Origin: Mytilus californianus
Lineage: Eukaryota
NCBI RefSeq assembly: GCF_021869535.1
Contig: NW_026262581.1
Coordinates: 133,052,001-133,116,000, forward strand
Direction: 5' to 3'
Length of the DNA: 64,000 bases
This document shows, piece by piece, positions 38,501-53,100 of the stretch. The notes beneath the pieces are model-generated. The model did no database searches. It had not been told where the DNA came from and saw nothing but the letters and a program-made list of their open reading frames with translations. The stretch's first letter is position 1; the number at the start of each line of letters is the position of its first letter. The position numbers and the translations under genes are program-made.

Positions 38501-39120
38501 TTTCTTTAATATTTTATTATAACGTAGAACATATATGCTCTTAAGGAAATTATAGTAACCAAACCAGTTTGATAGCAAATGAACATCATAAGCTGTAATA
38601 TATGAAACGTATTGTATTTTTAAAAATTTATCTACATATGTTCAATAACAAATTGTGCTTCATCTGCATTTTGATGTGCTATATTCTTCTCACCTTTTAA
38701 ATATGCTGCTTTCACTTGAAATGTCCAGTGCTTTGTAATATTATGAATGTATAAGGGGAGTGGTTATTGTTGACAGAGACCACAAAAGTAGAGGGTCAGG
38801 GACTCAGATTTCAATTTGGGAGGGACACTATCAATACCTACCCAATGAAAAATAACCAGGAAAGATAAGTGTAACTGTAGTACCTGTGGAACCCTCTTTC
38901 TGTTTGCTCACTAAATGGTAATACATCTCTGTGTTTCTGTGTTCAGGACATAGAAAGGGTATGTGTTTAACAAATTTTAGAATGCATTATTAATTGAATT
39001 ACATTAATCCAAGTGAAGTTAGATGAATGTTTTCACAATAAATGGGAGAGGACTATTTTATATTGTATTTTATTACAAATGTGAATTGTTATAATAAACC
39101 AGTTTTATGAACAATACTTT
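35526..39120 (+). other. Probable long Hook 3' UTR with candidate polyA signal AATAAA at 39093-39098
   Basis: About 3.6 kb of very AT-rich, largely TE-free sequence after the stop; composition changes to TE remnants shortly after AATAAA. The true end is not provable from sequence. Confidence 0.4.
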
Positions 39121-39384
39121 GTTGCTATGGATTGGTCTGATCTTAATGAGTTGCAAGGTTGTCATTTCCTCTCCTGTAGACCAAACATATTAAAACCCAT
39201 TTTTTATTTCAACATAATCCTAAGGATGACTTGAAACAATAGTGGCTATTTTGTTAAGCTCCTTTTAGTTGTATAACACCATGTATCCAATTATCTACAG
39301 GTCATAAGTTTTCACAAAGAAGAATATACCAGAAAAGATGTCAATACAGAAAATTCAGTATGATTTTACATTGTTTTATGATGG

Positions 39385-39745
39385 TAAGTTTCACTGCTGG
39401 TGGACCTACTCTTCCCAAGGTATCGTCAGCGAGTTGAGGAAATTACATTAGCTAGTCCTGTTGAATTCACTGTTCCCAAGGTTATCATCAGCTAGTGCTT
39501 GTGAAGTTCCTGAGAGTACTATTCGCTATTGTTGATGTTTTGCTGCTGAAGGTATCAGCCAGTGGTGATGGGCCAAATGATTCCAAGGTATCATTAGCTA
39601 GTGCTGGTGAACTCCCTCAGGGTACCATTTGCTACTGCGGTTGTTCCTCCCTAAGGTATCTTCAGCATGTGCTAGTGGGCCCAATGTTCCCTGAGGGTAT
39701 TAGGAGCTATAGCGGATGGACTCAATGCTACCGAGGTTATCATCA
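39385..39745. repeat. Degenerate repeat of about 45 bp (CCxAGGTxTCATCAGCTAGTGCT), related to 41020-41290; probably LTR/UTR of the Gypsy remnant
   Basis: catcagctagtgct-like core recurs in both blocks flanking the pol fragments. Confidence 0.5.
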
Positions 39746-39929
39746 GCTAACAATAATAACCTTACTTCTTGATCAATTTTCGCTGAGTCTGGTTTTATTC
39801 TTGTTTCAGATAAATGTTACCAACATAATTGACACACTCCATGAACAATTTGTCAGGTGAAAGTTTGAATCTGTTTTTTTTTTCTCAAATTCGCATGAAG
39901 ACTTGCTGTAATATATCCATATGTTCCTC

Positions 39930-40690
39930 TTATGTACTGGAAAGAAATATTACATCGTCAAGAAAGATCAACCAAATGTTCGTATTAAAGTCTCCAATTA
40001 TCTCTTCCATCATCTGCTGATACGCTACTGGACTGTTGGACAACCGAAGTGGCATACGATAAAATTTGTAGAATCCAATCGGACCAACGTTAAATGCAGT
40101 CCGCTTTTTTGTGTGACTTTTCTCTATCTCTATCTGATGATAACTGCTTTTCATATCAATGACCCTGAAGTATTTATTTCCTCTCAATGATTTTCTGCTT
40201 TTTTGTTTACATAAAACTACTTTGAAGACCATGGCGAATATGGTTTCCTTTTAACTCTGGCTGTAAGTGATTGTTAAAAATGATCTTTGGAACATTGAAG
40301 GTGGCATTCTCAAGCGGTTGTTTACATTGTTTTCTCTATAAAAGATTTCTGAGGATTCACCGAAGTAGTATGGCTAATATCAGATGCTGCAAAATGATAA
40401 AATAATTTTCTGGCTTTTCTCTGTTCTATATCTAATACATTTGTCAATTTCTGTTATCAATAACATACTGGTTAAACATATAGCTTTTTGTGTAAATATC
40501 GCTTAATTGTTACTGTGCTGTTTGGGGTTATCCTTTCCTTATTATCTTCTGCACCTCTGACTGAAGCTTTTCTGTTGTTACATTGTTTCTTTTCTCTCAT
40601 AGTCATTCTACGAAAAGCGAGGTACCATGGTGCATGAATCCGTGGATTCTGTAAGAACTTTGATTTAACAAATCTCATCACAGATACCAA
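39930..40690 (-). mobile_element. Ty3/Gypsy pol remnant (decayed)
   Basis: YFRVIDMKSSYHQIEI...RTAFNVGPIGFY.FYRMPLRLSNSPVAYQQMMEE...LIFLDDVI is the Gypsy RT core; upstream PWYLAFRRM..NSTVTI segment. Confidence 0.85.
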
Positions 40691-42229
40691 ACGTTTATAA
40701 TTTGGTACGCCAATCCGCGTTTCTTCTACATCAGACTTCGAGTGGTGCTCGAATCAAACGAGTTTAAAGGCCAAATCAAATCCTAGTACGAAGTTGAAGA
40801 GCATTAAAAACCGAAAATTCCAGAAAGTTGTGCCAAATACGTATACGGCAACTACACCCGGGGTAGAGACCGCGTTGGTATCTAAGTTATCTTTCATTGG
40901 TATTTACTGATCGAAACTACTTTAAAAGACCATTATTGATTAAATAAGAACACCATCGACATCTAAATTGGCTCTTATATTTACGGTCTTCTCTTCGGCT
41001 AGTTTGTGTAATTGTACTTCCCGAGGTCTCATTAGCTAGTGTCGGTGGCTTTTCCGAGAGTATCATCGGCTAGCACTGATGGACTTCTTGGTGTGTCTTG
41101 AGCTAATGCTGACGTATTTCCCGGGATCTTTCAACAAGCTAGTGCTTATGTACTTCCCGGGGGTTCTTCAGCTTTGTATGGTGGACTTCCCTAGGGTCTC
41201 TTCAGCTAGTGCTTGTATACTTCCTGGGTTCTCTTCATCTAGGTCTTGTAGACTTCCAAACTACCGGGTGTTGTCAGGTTGTGTTACGTACAGTATGATA
41301 AATTATAAGTTTAATTTTTTTCACACAAACACATATTCTTACTCATTCAGGCAAAGTTTATATTGATGTTAATAAATTTACCGATAAGGCCCATTTGGAA
41401 ACATAACCCTCTTCCTTACTTTTTACTCTGAGCGGTTTTATTTTAGGTAAATGCGCTAAATGGCTTCAACAAACAGACAGATCATGTGAGTTTGGCTTGA
41501 ATGCCTGGATACTACTTTTAAAGTTCCTTTATCTTTAAAAAATAATATACTGGTATTTGTAATGGTATGTACACAACATATCCTCGCTAGAATCGGGGGA
41601 AAGGCTACAGAGTAAACTAACTATTATCCAATAATGAGTCCTAGTCTACATAAATGTGTACAAAGAGGACTGAGGCACCCATATATGCAAGCCTGTTGTA
41701 AAATACAAAGATTATACAGTTCAACTATTCATTAAAAATGCTTCATCAAAGAGAGATAATGGTTAACACAAATACTGTTTCTGGTATTCAATTTATAAAA
41801 AAAAAGTGTTAGGATAAATCGTCGTGTACAGGAATTGAATATGACCATAAAGTGCGTTCTAACTCGCGTTTTGTCAGAGCCTTTTGTATACGAAACGCGC
41901 GTCTGGCGTACCAAATTACAAGCCTGATATCTTTGATGAGGTTTTGTTCCATGTCTCAAAACCGTAGTCTTTTTGAATAGTATTACTGTTCTGCAATCTA
42001 TTGTTCGTTCTTTGGTTTCTTATACGTTGAGTTACTAGTGTTAGAGTGCCAACTCCCTGACATCCTCCAGTACTTCAGAAATACGTTGTTTTTCACTTGT
42101 TCCATTGATTGATAAAGTTTGATTTTGTAAGTTTTTATGGACCTCCCCAATTTAAATTGCCTTTGGGTTCGGTATTTTTGTTATACGTTATTAAACTAAA
42201 CGTAGTTATGTTACAAGAATGCATAAAAG

Positions 42230-42492
42230 AGGGACGAAAGATACCAGAGGGACAGTCAAACTCATAGATCGAAAACAAACTGACAACGCCATGGCCAAAA
42301 ATAAAAAGACAAACAGACAAATAATAGTACAGATGACACAACATAGAAAACTAAAGATTAAGCAACACGAACCCCACCAAAAACTGGGGGAGATCTTAGG
42401 TGCTCCGGAAGGGTAAGCAGATCCTGCTCCACATGTGGCACCCGTCGTGTTACTTATGTTATTACAAATCCGGTAAATAGTCTAACTCGGTA
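42230..42492 (-). mobile_element. PLE 3'-tail fragment (same family as 10330-10560)
   Basis: gatacca.agggaca.tcaaactc...gatcctgctccaca.gtggcacccgtcgtgtt shared. Confidence 0.75.
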
Positions 42493-43182
42493 GACATAAC
42501 ATTAAAATATATTATACTAGTGCATACCTAGTTCTTTTACATTGAATTACATGCATCTGATAGCACCTTTATTATTTTCTAGTTAACAAAATCATTTACT
42601 ACAATTATTAGACCACCAATATATTGCCAGATGAATAGTAAGATAACATTGGATTGCTTTGTGTTCCGTATGTAATCTTCATGCATCAGTTGGTATGTTT
42701 AAAAATGCAACGGATATATGCCTACACTTGTGTGATTTTCACGTTTGATTAACTTGTTCTATATAAAGAAGACCAAAAATTAAATAATAACGTCTTGTAT
42801 TAGTGTCTCAAGCTTTTCTATTTATTGATATGCATATGAAGAACAACGTGAGCCTATTATATTTACTTTTTAAAGTTCAATGACAATTGTGGCACTTATA
42901 ATGGAACGTAAATCAATGCGTTAGTATTGTTATATAGTTAGACTTTTATTGATCACGTATTTATTTTTACGCATTATGTTTTGAAAGGATAGTTTTTCAT
43001 ACCTTTTGAATGATTTGTACTGTTGAAAATTTTCCAAGTATGCAACACAGTCGTTGTATTTATTTAAATAGTTAGTTAAAAACATCGGTTGACATTTGAT
43101 TTAGTGATTAAGCTGCTGACTTCACGGATGTGAATAATTCATTTTGGAATAATTTTGTTTGAACATGACATAATCACAGGAT

Positions 43183-46100
43183 ATGGAGTATAGAAGGGAG
43201 AATGGTATACTAGTAAGTGAAGAACCAGAAACTGACAGTGATGAAATCAAACGAATGGATAAATATCGCGTCTCAGATGAACAGTGGAAACTTATAGAGG
43301 AACGACTAAAAGGGGGTTCATCAAATAGAGAGAGATCAGGCTCTGAAAAAAGTAATTGTAAATTATCAAAATATAGAATTTCAGGTGAACAGTGGGATCA
43401 CTTAGAAAAACGAATGAAATCCAATGGAATTGATCCTAGTCAACCATCGACACCTCTACGACAAGACAAGTCAGCTTCTACAAAACTGCACAATACATAT
43501 GAACTTTTAGCAAGACATGATTCAAAAGACAGTGGTTACGCCAAACTTGATCATATGAGAAATGGAAGACACCCGCAAGATATTCCTGATTATGAAAAAG
43601 TAAAGAAATCACCTCATCCTAATCGCAAAGAAAGGTCAGTTCAAATTTATTATATCAACTTATATTAACCGTATAATTATATCAGTTATTTATTTACATA
43701 CTTCCATGTTCGTTATGATGATGATGCGGGTTTTTAACGACATTGACTACCCATGAGGGTCTTGCACGGTCGGTATGATCGTTATGATCACGGATAACAA
43801 TCCGCATATTTTTTCTCGAAGTATACAGACTATTTTTGTCGTTATGACTTATAACTTATAGACAATTATTGATATTTTACATTGGTAATGGTATGCTTTA
43901 TCTATACATTAAAAATCTTGATTAACCAATATTATCGCATTTTTTTGCATTAAAAAAAGACAGACAACTGCGATCCCTCTTACTTATACGTTTAATTCTT
44001 ACGTCATTTTTTGTCTCGTCTTGACGGAGTCAAAAAGCGAGACATAAATATGCTGTTTCCGGCGGCGGCGGCGTCAACAATGTATTAGTTTGTGATAAGG
44101 TCTAGTTCATGGTGAACAACTAGTGGTAGGTCAATGATATTTGGTATGCAGTTGTATTAGCATTGGCGCATCTCATTACCATGGAGATTATTTGGCCCCG
44201 CCCCCTCAGTCAAGGTCTATTGACTTTGAAACTTTGCTTAGTTTGCATGTATTAGTATGTGATTAGGTCAGTTTATGGGGAACCACTAGTGGTAGTTCAA
44301 TGATATTTGGTATGCAGTTGTATAAGCATTGGCATATCTCATTTCCATGGAGATTATTTGGCCCCGTCCCCTCATTCAAGGTCTATTGACTTTGAAACTT
44401 TTGCTTAGTTTACATGTATTAGTTTGTGATTAGGTCAGTTTAAGGGGAACTGTAAGTGGTAGGTCAATTCTAATTGGTATGCTGTTGTATAAGCATTAGC
44501 ACATCTCATTTCCATGGAAAATATTTGGTCCTTACCCCTCAGTCATGGTCTATTGACTTTGAAACTTTTGCTTAGTTTACATGTATTATTTTGTGATTAG
44601 GTCAGTTTAAGATGAACCACTAATGTTAAGTCAATGATATTCGGTATGCAAATGTATTGGCATTTGCAAGTTTCATTTCCATGGAGATTATATAACCCCA
44701 CCCCCTAACTATGGTTCATTGACTTTGAAACTTTTACATAGTTTACAAGTTAGTGTTTGTGTTTAGGTTTGTTTAAAGGGAACGACTTATGAAAAGTCAA
44801 TGGTATTTGGTTTGCAGTTGTATTAGCATTGACACGTCTCATTTCCATGGAGATTGTTTAGCCCTGTACCTTCAGTAATGGTTCATTGATTTTGAATATT
44901 TGCATAACTTACATGTTATAGTATTGCTATTTTAATTTCAACATTTGCATTATCAAAATAACAAATAGGCGAGACATATCTCTGTGTTAACAGTTTATTA
45001 GTATAAAGTATATTCTTTGAATCGTGAAATCACGGCCATGTGAGTTTTTGTATAAAATTTGTATTATCAAAATTCAGTTTGTGTCACTGATAAAGTACAA
45101 GTATATATCATACATAAATATAGTATTATAATACTACTTACAGAATAGGAACGCTTCCTCATTCTGGAACATCTTAGTTCCATTTATTTGGATTCCCATA
45201 TACTTTGGTGTCGATCGTACCGTCCGAAGTTTATTCAGGTAAAACGTGTCGTGCGCGCGGAAACTATCTACCAATGTCTACATACCACCTCTGGTGTATT
45301 ATCGCAGTTCGTATCATATGTTTATATGTTATACTTCTCGTTCATCTGTAACGGCTATTAATGAACTTTTTATATGTTAGTTTGATTAAAACTTTAAATC
45401 TATAACTTCTAAAATTCGTATGCCTCTCTCCTTGATTTGTAGGGCATACTACCCATGTTCTTTCTTTGTCCATTTCGTCATTCAGAAATCAATCAGTTGT
45501 GCGGATGTTTTTATATTGTGTCATAGGTCAACACATGGCCCCTCATAGATTTGTTGCATTGATAATTTCACGTTCAGAGAGATCTTGACACTTACCGTAT
45601 ATGAGGCAGCAGATTCAACGTCCCAATTCCTGCCTGACCTGGCTGAGTATTTTAGTTTTTTACATCATACAAACCCAAACGGACGCCCTCTTTTGCATGA
45701 AGAGCCTATATAACCCAGTGGTCTAAGTTCATCTACAGTGATCCATAGCCTATCAACTCTGATGTTTTGAGTTCTAGTCTTGCTCGTGGCGAGGTGTGTT
45801 CGACATCTATCTTAAGTGGTAGGAATTGCAAGTTTTCCTGCCGGTGTTCTCTAATAAATAAAACTGTGCGTTATGATATACTAGTCAAAAGTCGCCGTTA
45901 AATCGGCATAAAACACCAACTAACAAACCATTTTAGCATGAGTTTTACTACCGCATGGGAGAAGCCCAGGGATGACCAAATTTCTATCAACCCATGGGCT
46001 CAATATTTATGGAATTGGTAACTTTTGTGTGTAATGAACAAACAAATCAAAGTAATCAAAAGATTTAGTCTGCAGAAGACAAATCTTGTTCGAACAAACA

Positions 46101-48877
46101 ATAATGGATAGAGTAACAATACGGTTTACTACCACCATTTTATATTGAGTAGAAGTTTTTTAATAGACATGCAAGTCTTATATGATTAGCTATACTAGTT
46201 TTTGCTTATTTTATTGTTGTCTGACGGTCTCAGGGCAATCCTTAAATTTTAACATAACAACCCAAAACTAATACCCAGGTATTTCCTTCTTTAAAGCGTT
46301 ATTTTCTTTAATACAAGTAACAGTGTATGTTAAATGTATGTAACTTTTTGAAATAAAGTAGAAGCTAATTTCATTTTAAATGCTTGTTTTATGAGGTTTA
46401 AATTCGAATAATTGCGTAATGAATATCTGAGAAAAGATTTCTTCTAATGTTCAAAATGACTTAAATACGAAAATAGAAAATATAATGGCTATGCACTTTG
46501 ATAAGTTATGAAATAAAAGAAAAATAGATTAATGGTCACATTCTTTGCATTTTTTGTCACATCAAAATATTTTTTTAAATTGGATAAAATCAGTTCATGT
46601 AAAAATTTGTATCTGATACGTTGTCAGGAACCAGAAATTACAAAACAATGATACATAGACGGTTTATGCCGCATGTTATAAAATAATCGCTGTGAATAAG
46701 GAGTAGAAATATTTCTAAATTCAGACAAAGCAGATTTGCTCATTTTAAACTGGAACTTAAATTCTGAATCACAATACTGTAAAAGGCATTATGAATAATT
46801 AGTTAATGACTAACAGGGTAAATCGACCTGTTTAAATGTTATAGAGAGATTTATTCTGACAAAGAAATATCAGGATCATTGAATTCTACAATCGGATCAT
46901 CGATCATTATAGTAAACAATTTGTATTTAAAATTTGAATTATTTTCATTTAATTGGGTGAGAAAATGCCACATAAAAGGTAGGATTCTAAATTCTTACAA
47001 TTTCATATTGAATAGTATGGATATATAGAGAAAAAGCAGAATTCTTGAAATCTAATTTAAGTGAAACTTGTATATTAAATAGAGGAGTGTCAAACGTTTG
47101 TTAAATGTATTTTTAAACCTTGTTTAATTAAAAAGTTTGTTGTCTAGTAAAAAAATAGACAACGATGAACTTTTCTATTGACAGATTTTTCAAGAATAAT
47201 TGATTTTTTTTTTTTAATTAAGGTGTTTGTATATAAAGTTATCTTCGAGTAAGGGTAAAATGTGACGACAGTTAAACGATGCTTTTTGGGAATATCGCAT
47301 TTCCTGGTATAGTTTTTATCTGTAAACTAACCGATTGTGTCTTATTCTCTATATTGTGCCTCGACTTTTTGATTGTGGGAGGGTTCGCATGGCGGTTGAC
47401 ACATGCATTGATGGAAGCTCTTACCCAGTCGACGTAACCGATCTTGCTCCGCTTGAAGTTCACATGATTTTGGATTTTTATTCTACGAGGTTTGAATATC
47501 GGTAAACTACTATTGCCTTTATTTAAGATGAGAAGATACCAAGAGGGCAATTGATAAAAAGTCAAAATAAAAAAAATAGACAACACCATGACCAAACGAA
47601 AAATGACGAAAAGACGAACAATTGTCCACAAAACACTACACAGAAAAAATAAAGATTGAGCGACAAGAACCCGACCAAAAACCAGGTGAAGTCAAGACCG
47701 TAAAGATAAGCAGTGAACAGAAAATATGGGATTGAAAACATCTCAGATACAGCACGCTTTTCAACGGGGTTATGGGTGCTTTGATAGGGTGAAAGTATCT
47801 CCTGCTACGTATCATTCATCTGTCATTTGACTACACAGTCATACAGGTGGCTCGGTCAGGAACCTCATAAAAACTGATAATAATGTCGGCCCAGTGGGGA
47901 TAAATGATAGAGTTAACAAATAAGCGGTAATGATTATAACCATCAGCGTACAATTGTTTCTGTAATGGTTTGCACCGTCCAATAAGTTGGAGGCTTTAGT
48001 GATAATATCTTTACCGTTATCTGTTTTTTGACTTATGTTTTTATGGTTATTCTTTCAGTTCATTACAACAGAAGATTCAGCACAGAAAAGAGTTGTCACA
48101 GAGTATACAGTCTTTATCATCTGAAGGTAAGAATGTATTTATGAAAGGTTAGAATACGATTTTGAAATGTTTATATTAATATTTTGAAATTTCAAGCAAA
48201 GGAGGATTGATGATACGATCAAAAATTCGAATAAGCATTCTATACAGGAGGTCAATAAGTCAGAAAATAACAGCAAATGAAAAAGATTAATGATTTGAAT
48301 GTTTTTGGATTGGAAAAAAATTCTTTTTTATCTGTATAGCCATAATCACGAAACCGACGATAGTTTCATAATTTTTTAAATGAAGAAAAGGAGATATAGG
48401 TTATAACCTAATGAGACAACCACCCATCGATAGTCGTTTGAAGGATAATGTGTAGTTAAATCAAAATATAATGAATTAGATTTACAGTATAGTTTAAGAA
48501 ACTGAACAATTTGCGAAAATCGTCCTCAATACGCCTTAATCACCGACACCAGTAATGTTTATATATGGTTTACCTATTTTTTTGGGAAGTTAATCATGAC
48601 ACCTTTTCTTGTATTTCCAGCCATACAAGACCTCAAACCACTGACAATTCCTAAAGATGGAGACCTGCAAGGATTTTCTGTGGAAGAAATGTCAACTTTC
48701 TTTCGGTACATGCGTATTGAAGACAATATAGTGCAAAGGCTTAGCAAAAAAAATGTTGACGGTATTAAATTTTCCAAATTAAAGGATACAGACCTTGAGA
48801 ATATAGGAATAAAAAATCCAATTGTCATGCACTTTAGAGACAGGAGCTGTAAAAAGCGAATTCCATTCATGTTATAA
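43183..48877 (+). CDS. SAM-domain protein A (258 aa): exons 43183-43634, 48059-48126, 48621-48877; disordered Tyr-motif N-terminus and C-terminal GAREM-like SAM domain
   Basis: Acceptor cacag at 43179, ATG 43183, donor GTCAGT 43635 (phase 2); exon 2 tctttcag/GTAAGA (phase 2 to 1); exon 3 tttccag to TAA. Total 777 nt in frame. C-terminus GDLQGFSVEEMSTFFRYMRIEDNIVQRLSKKNVDGIKFSKLKDTDLENIGI fits a SAM pattern. Confidence 0.8.
44007..44998 (+). mobile_element. Second HINE-type family with about five 162-bp satellite monomers
   Basis: 5' TTTTTTGTCTCG...GCGAGACA hairpin, (GGC)n microsatellite, tandem monomers (44141 vs 44303), 3' GGCGAGACAT then TTTATT. Confidence 0.8.
45690..45930 (+). mobile_element. 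Decayed tRNA-headed SINE
   Basis: gtggtctaag...gagttc..gtc.tgctcgtggcgaggtgt head; tail aataaaactg...gatata...gccgttaaa..cacca resembles rc of 61447-61560. Confidence 0.45.
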
Positions 48878-49799
48878 TACATATTTATTAACTTAAGCGT
48901 TCTTTTTTCCATACAATCACTGTTATACCAGTCCGATTCAGAATATAAAATAAAATATGGAAATGCGGTATATTTGCCTATGAGACAACTATGCAACAGA
49001 GTCCAAATGAAGCAGATTTAAGCAACTGTATACTGTTCAAAGGAAACATCAAACATCAAAGAGTACGACAATACAATATGTGTCAATAGTGATGAAAACG
49101 ACCCACTGCTGTTTCTTTGAATTAGAAGTGTAGTAAACATTACAAAGTGCTAAAAAGACAAAAACTATGGACCCCATGGATTTCTATGGTTACTGGCGCT
49201 ATGGGACTATTCTGTTGGAGGAACAATAGTCCATCTTCTCTCAATTACAAACTCTTTTATAAGAAATATACATATAAGACCGAATCAAACAAGAATGACA
49301 TAACACTGAAAACTGTTGTTATGGCTTTACTTCAACTTCAATTTTTTGATAAATGCGATAATATTCAAAATGAAGACCTTTAAAAGGACTAGTCCTTTGA
49401 ATGAGGGGATGCGTGATCCTGAATTTCCAAATGATTTGTTTAAATTGTTACGTGTATCTTTTAAAATAATAATGTATTATATGATTACTTGACAGTAAAG
49501 CCCGATTAAAAAAAAACAACACGACAATGTCCAAAAATAACGTATCCATATTAGTTGTATTCTGCGTCCGGTCTCTACATTGTATTCTGGTTAATTGCAC
49601 CCAATCTGATTCACCATAACAGTGATTGTCTACATGGTATTTAGCGATGAGACTAATGCCACATATTCCAAATACTTTGTTTTGATCGAATGAAAAACGA
49701 CGGTTATTCATGTAGAGAAGGAAGTTCATATTTCCTTGATGTAAGTTTCCATTGTTAATTACACTTGCTTGCGTCTCTTTGTTCTAGTAGGAAAAGCCT

Positions 49800-50178
49800 T
49801 TGCGATTGTGTTATGGTGGTGTGTGTCTTTGTTATTGTGTGCTGGTTGGGTGTGTAATTGTGATTGTGTCTTGGTGGTGCTTGTCTGTTATTGTATGACG
49901 TAGAGATTAGTGCATCGCTTGTGATTATGTTGTGTTGGAGTTTATTATTTTGTTCTGGTGGTTGTGATGCATGTATTTTTTTATTTTGTTCTGGTGGTGT
50001 TTTTTTTTTATTGAGTTGTGGTGGTGTACGTCTTTGTGGTAAAATACCTTGCGATGCACTCTGGTGGTATATGTAATTTCTGGTGGTATATGTATTGGCG
50101 GTGTATGTCTATACATACAATTGTATTCTGGTGGTATATGTGTTGGGTGTTTTATGTTTTTTCGATTGTATTCTGGTG
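49800..50178. repeat. TG-rich degenerate repeat and 48-bp minisatellite left of HERO
   Basis: tattctggtggtatatgtattggcggtgtatgtctat units; continues on the far side at 53761. Confidence 0.85.
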
Positions 50179-53100
50179 TTTACCTTAAATACAGTGTTTC
50201 CACTGCTCAGCTGGTTCCATCGTCAGGTGGATCCCCTCTCCTCGACTGTTTCGGCGTTGTCCACGACAATATCCAGGGGGTGCGCCGACTGAATTGATCA
50301 AGCTCAGCCATGAACCAGATAGCTCTTCTCTCATCCTCCATACCCAATCGTAAGCTTCCTCTGCCTGTCTCCCAACTTTTCCAACCAAGCTTCTTCTTAC
50401 TGGTCCATTTAGTCCTAGGGACCCAAGGCTCTCCAAAAAGTTTGTGAAACAAAGCCTCTACAGCCTACCTCCACGGGAAAATACCATGTCCTCCACTTCT
50501 TGTTTTGGATGTCTCTTACCAATTCCTGGTACTTCGCAAGCTTTATCTCGTGGGTTTCTTGCAGTCTTGTTTACAATGGCACCGTTAGCTCTACAAGAAT
50601 GACCTGTCTGCTGATTCTGGACCACAGCACAATGTCTGGTCGGAGGGTTGTTGTTAAAACTTCTCTTGGAAAGGTGGTCTTTTCCCCAACGTCGGCTTGC
50701 ATCTCCCAGTCATTTGCTGTTGCTAGGATACCACTGGCTTTGCTGTATGTGTTTCTGGATGACTCTCCACCTCCTTTGATGAAGTTGATGAACTTTGGCC
50801 CCTTCTCTATCTTAGTCTTCTTTTTCCTCTGAGTGTCCAAGGCTGTTGCTATCTCTCGAAGGACTTGGTCATGGCGCCATGTATATCTTCCATCCTTCAG
50901 AGCTGTCCTGCAAGACGACAAAACATGTTCTAGATTTGCTGGCTTACCGCACAACTTACAACTAGGGTCTTCAATCAGTTTCCACATTGTAAGGTTTGTG
51001 GGTGTTGGTAGTACGTCGTATACTGATTTAAGTAGGAAGCTTATCTTCTGCCCGTCCACATCTCATGCCAGCTGATCTTTCTTGGTCTTGCCATCTCCCA
51101 TTTCATATATTGCCCTTGTTGTTTCATACTGACGGCTCTTACTTGGTGATCTTCTTCTTCCCCACGACGAACTTCTTGCTGAACAAGTTCCCTTCTATGT
51201 CTTGCATCTGCTGACTGCAATAATGGTTGCTGAATGTTGTCACAACCAAGTCGTCCTGATGTTACCACTCCCACTATGTCTCTATGTCTTAATCGACTCT
51301 CTGCATCTTCAACAGCACTCCTAGCCACCCATTTCCGTCCTGTCCTGACATCAACATTTGCTTCTTTCACCTTGTCATCTTTACTGTCTCTTAACATGAT
51401 AACTTGTCTGGTTTTGATGACTTTAAACTCCTCTGAAATAGAAGACAGTGGTAGTTGAAGTTTTGATCTGGTGCTGTACAAACCAATGCTGCTAAAATTC
51501 TTTGGAACCCCAAGCCATTTGCGTAAGTGTCTGTTGAACATCCTCTCTAAACTTTCAACTTTGTTCAGAGGTACTTCGTACATCAACAGAGGTCATGTGA
51601 TTCTTGGTAATATTCCATGCTGATAGCACCATGCCTTGTACTTCCCAGGTAAACCAGACTTGTCAATAATGTCCATCCACTTTCCTGCCTGTGATACCAT
51701 CTCATCTACACTTTCTCTGTCGTTCAAGAAGTCTAATAACCACTTGCCCAAGCTTTTGACTGGTTTCTCCATGATTGTTGGAATGATATCGCCTCCAATT
51801 CTGATCTTCTGTCCTGCACCTTTCCTTTCTTTAATATCAGACTCCTTGACCTTATAAGGCTTGAACTTCATGCGTGCCCAGTCTATAAGCTCACCCAAGT
51901 CTTGCAGCATCCACTTGCCTTCCAGAATTGACTTTGCTGTTATTGTCATACCATCCATGAATGCTCATGTTGGTGTCTGACTGACCCCAGATGACATAAC
52001 TGGTCCTCTGCTCATCTTCTCTGCTGATTTTACTAGTAGATTCATTGCTGCTGAGAATAGAACTACTGATATGGTACATCCTGTAACTATGCCCACGTCT
52101 AGCCTTTGCCACGCTGTTGTGTAGACTGCAACTGTAAACCTCATCACAAAGTTGTTGCAATAGTGCTGAAGCATTTCTCTAACCTTGAAAGGTATGTGGT
52201 ATTTCTTCAGGGTTAGGTTTACTAGCTTGTGTGGTATATTTCCGTGAGCTTTTGCCAGGACAGCCTTTGTTCTCTTTTGCTTACTGGATAATCTTTGTTA
52301 AAACGCGTGTATGTTCGAGGCACCCTGGTACTCATGGTACTCCACCTTTCTGAACTGAGATGTCAATATAGTTGTTCTCAAGCATACATGTTGTAACCCT
52401 CTTTGCCAAGATTGCCAGACAAACCTTTCCCTCAACGTTGAGAAGTGATATGGTTCTAAACTGTTTCAGTTCTTTAGAATCTTCCTCCTTTGGAATAAAA
52501 CAACCATCTGATTTTAACCACTCATCTGGTAACCGATTTCTTCTCCATATCACTTTGATAAGTTTCCATAGTTGTTTTGCGAGGTTTGGACAGTTCTTAT
52601 AAACTCTGTGTGGAATACCGTTTGGTCCTGGTGCTGATGCTGCTCTCGCTTTCTTTAAAATTGACATCACTTCATTAAGTTTGGGTTCCGACATATCAAA
52701 CTCTATTGTTGGCTCATCTGGACTTATCAATCTGTGTTGGTCTCCAAGATCTTTTTCTCTGTCTGAATCACTGTGATTATCTCTCAAATATTGTTCAACC
52801 TCTTCTTTTGGGCAATCAAACCGGCCTGATCTTTTATTTCTAAGAAGTTTCTTTACAAAGCCAAATGGATTAGCTGTAAATTGTGATCTCTATCGTGCTC
52901 TTTCCCTCCGGTTCTATCTAAGGTTCTCTGCTCTCCTCAGCGTTTGTGTTCTTTCCCTGTTGACATCTCTTAGCTCTTTTAATGCCTTTTGTTCATGTAC
53001 CTCTGCTTTCTTGTAGCACTTTGTTAAGTTGCGTTGTTCTCTCCTCAGTTTGGCAATTTCACGTACTCTTCTGTTCTCTTTCATGGTCTGACTTTTACCT

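Noticed and set aside
45690-45800. tRNA gene
   Set aside because: Only partial A/B-box resemblance, no cloverleaf; better explained as a SINE head
48574-48996. Minus-strand ORFs 48574-48996 and 63012-63332
   Set aside because: Antisense shadows of the SAM exons
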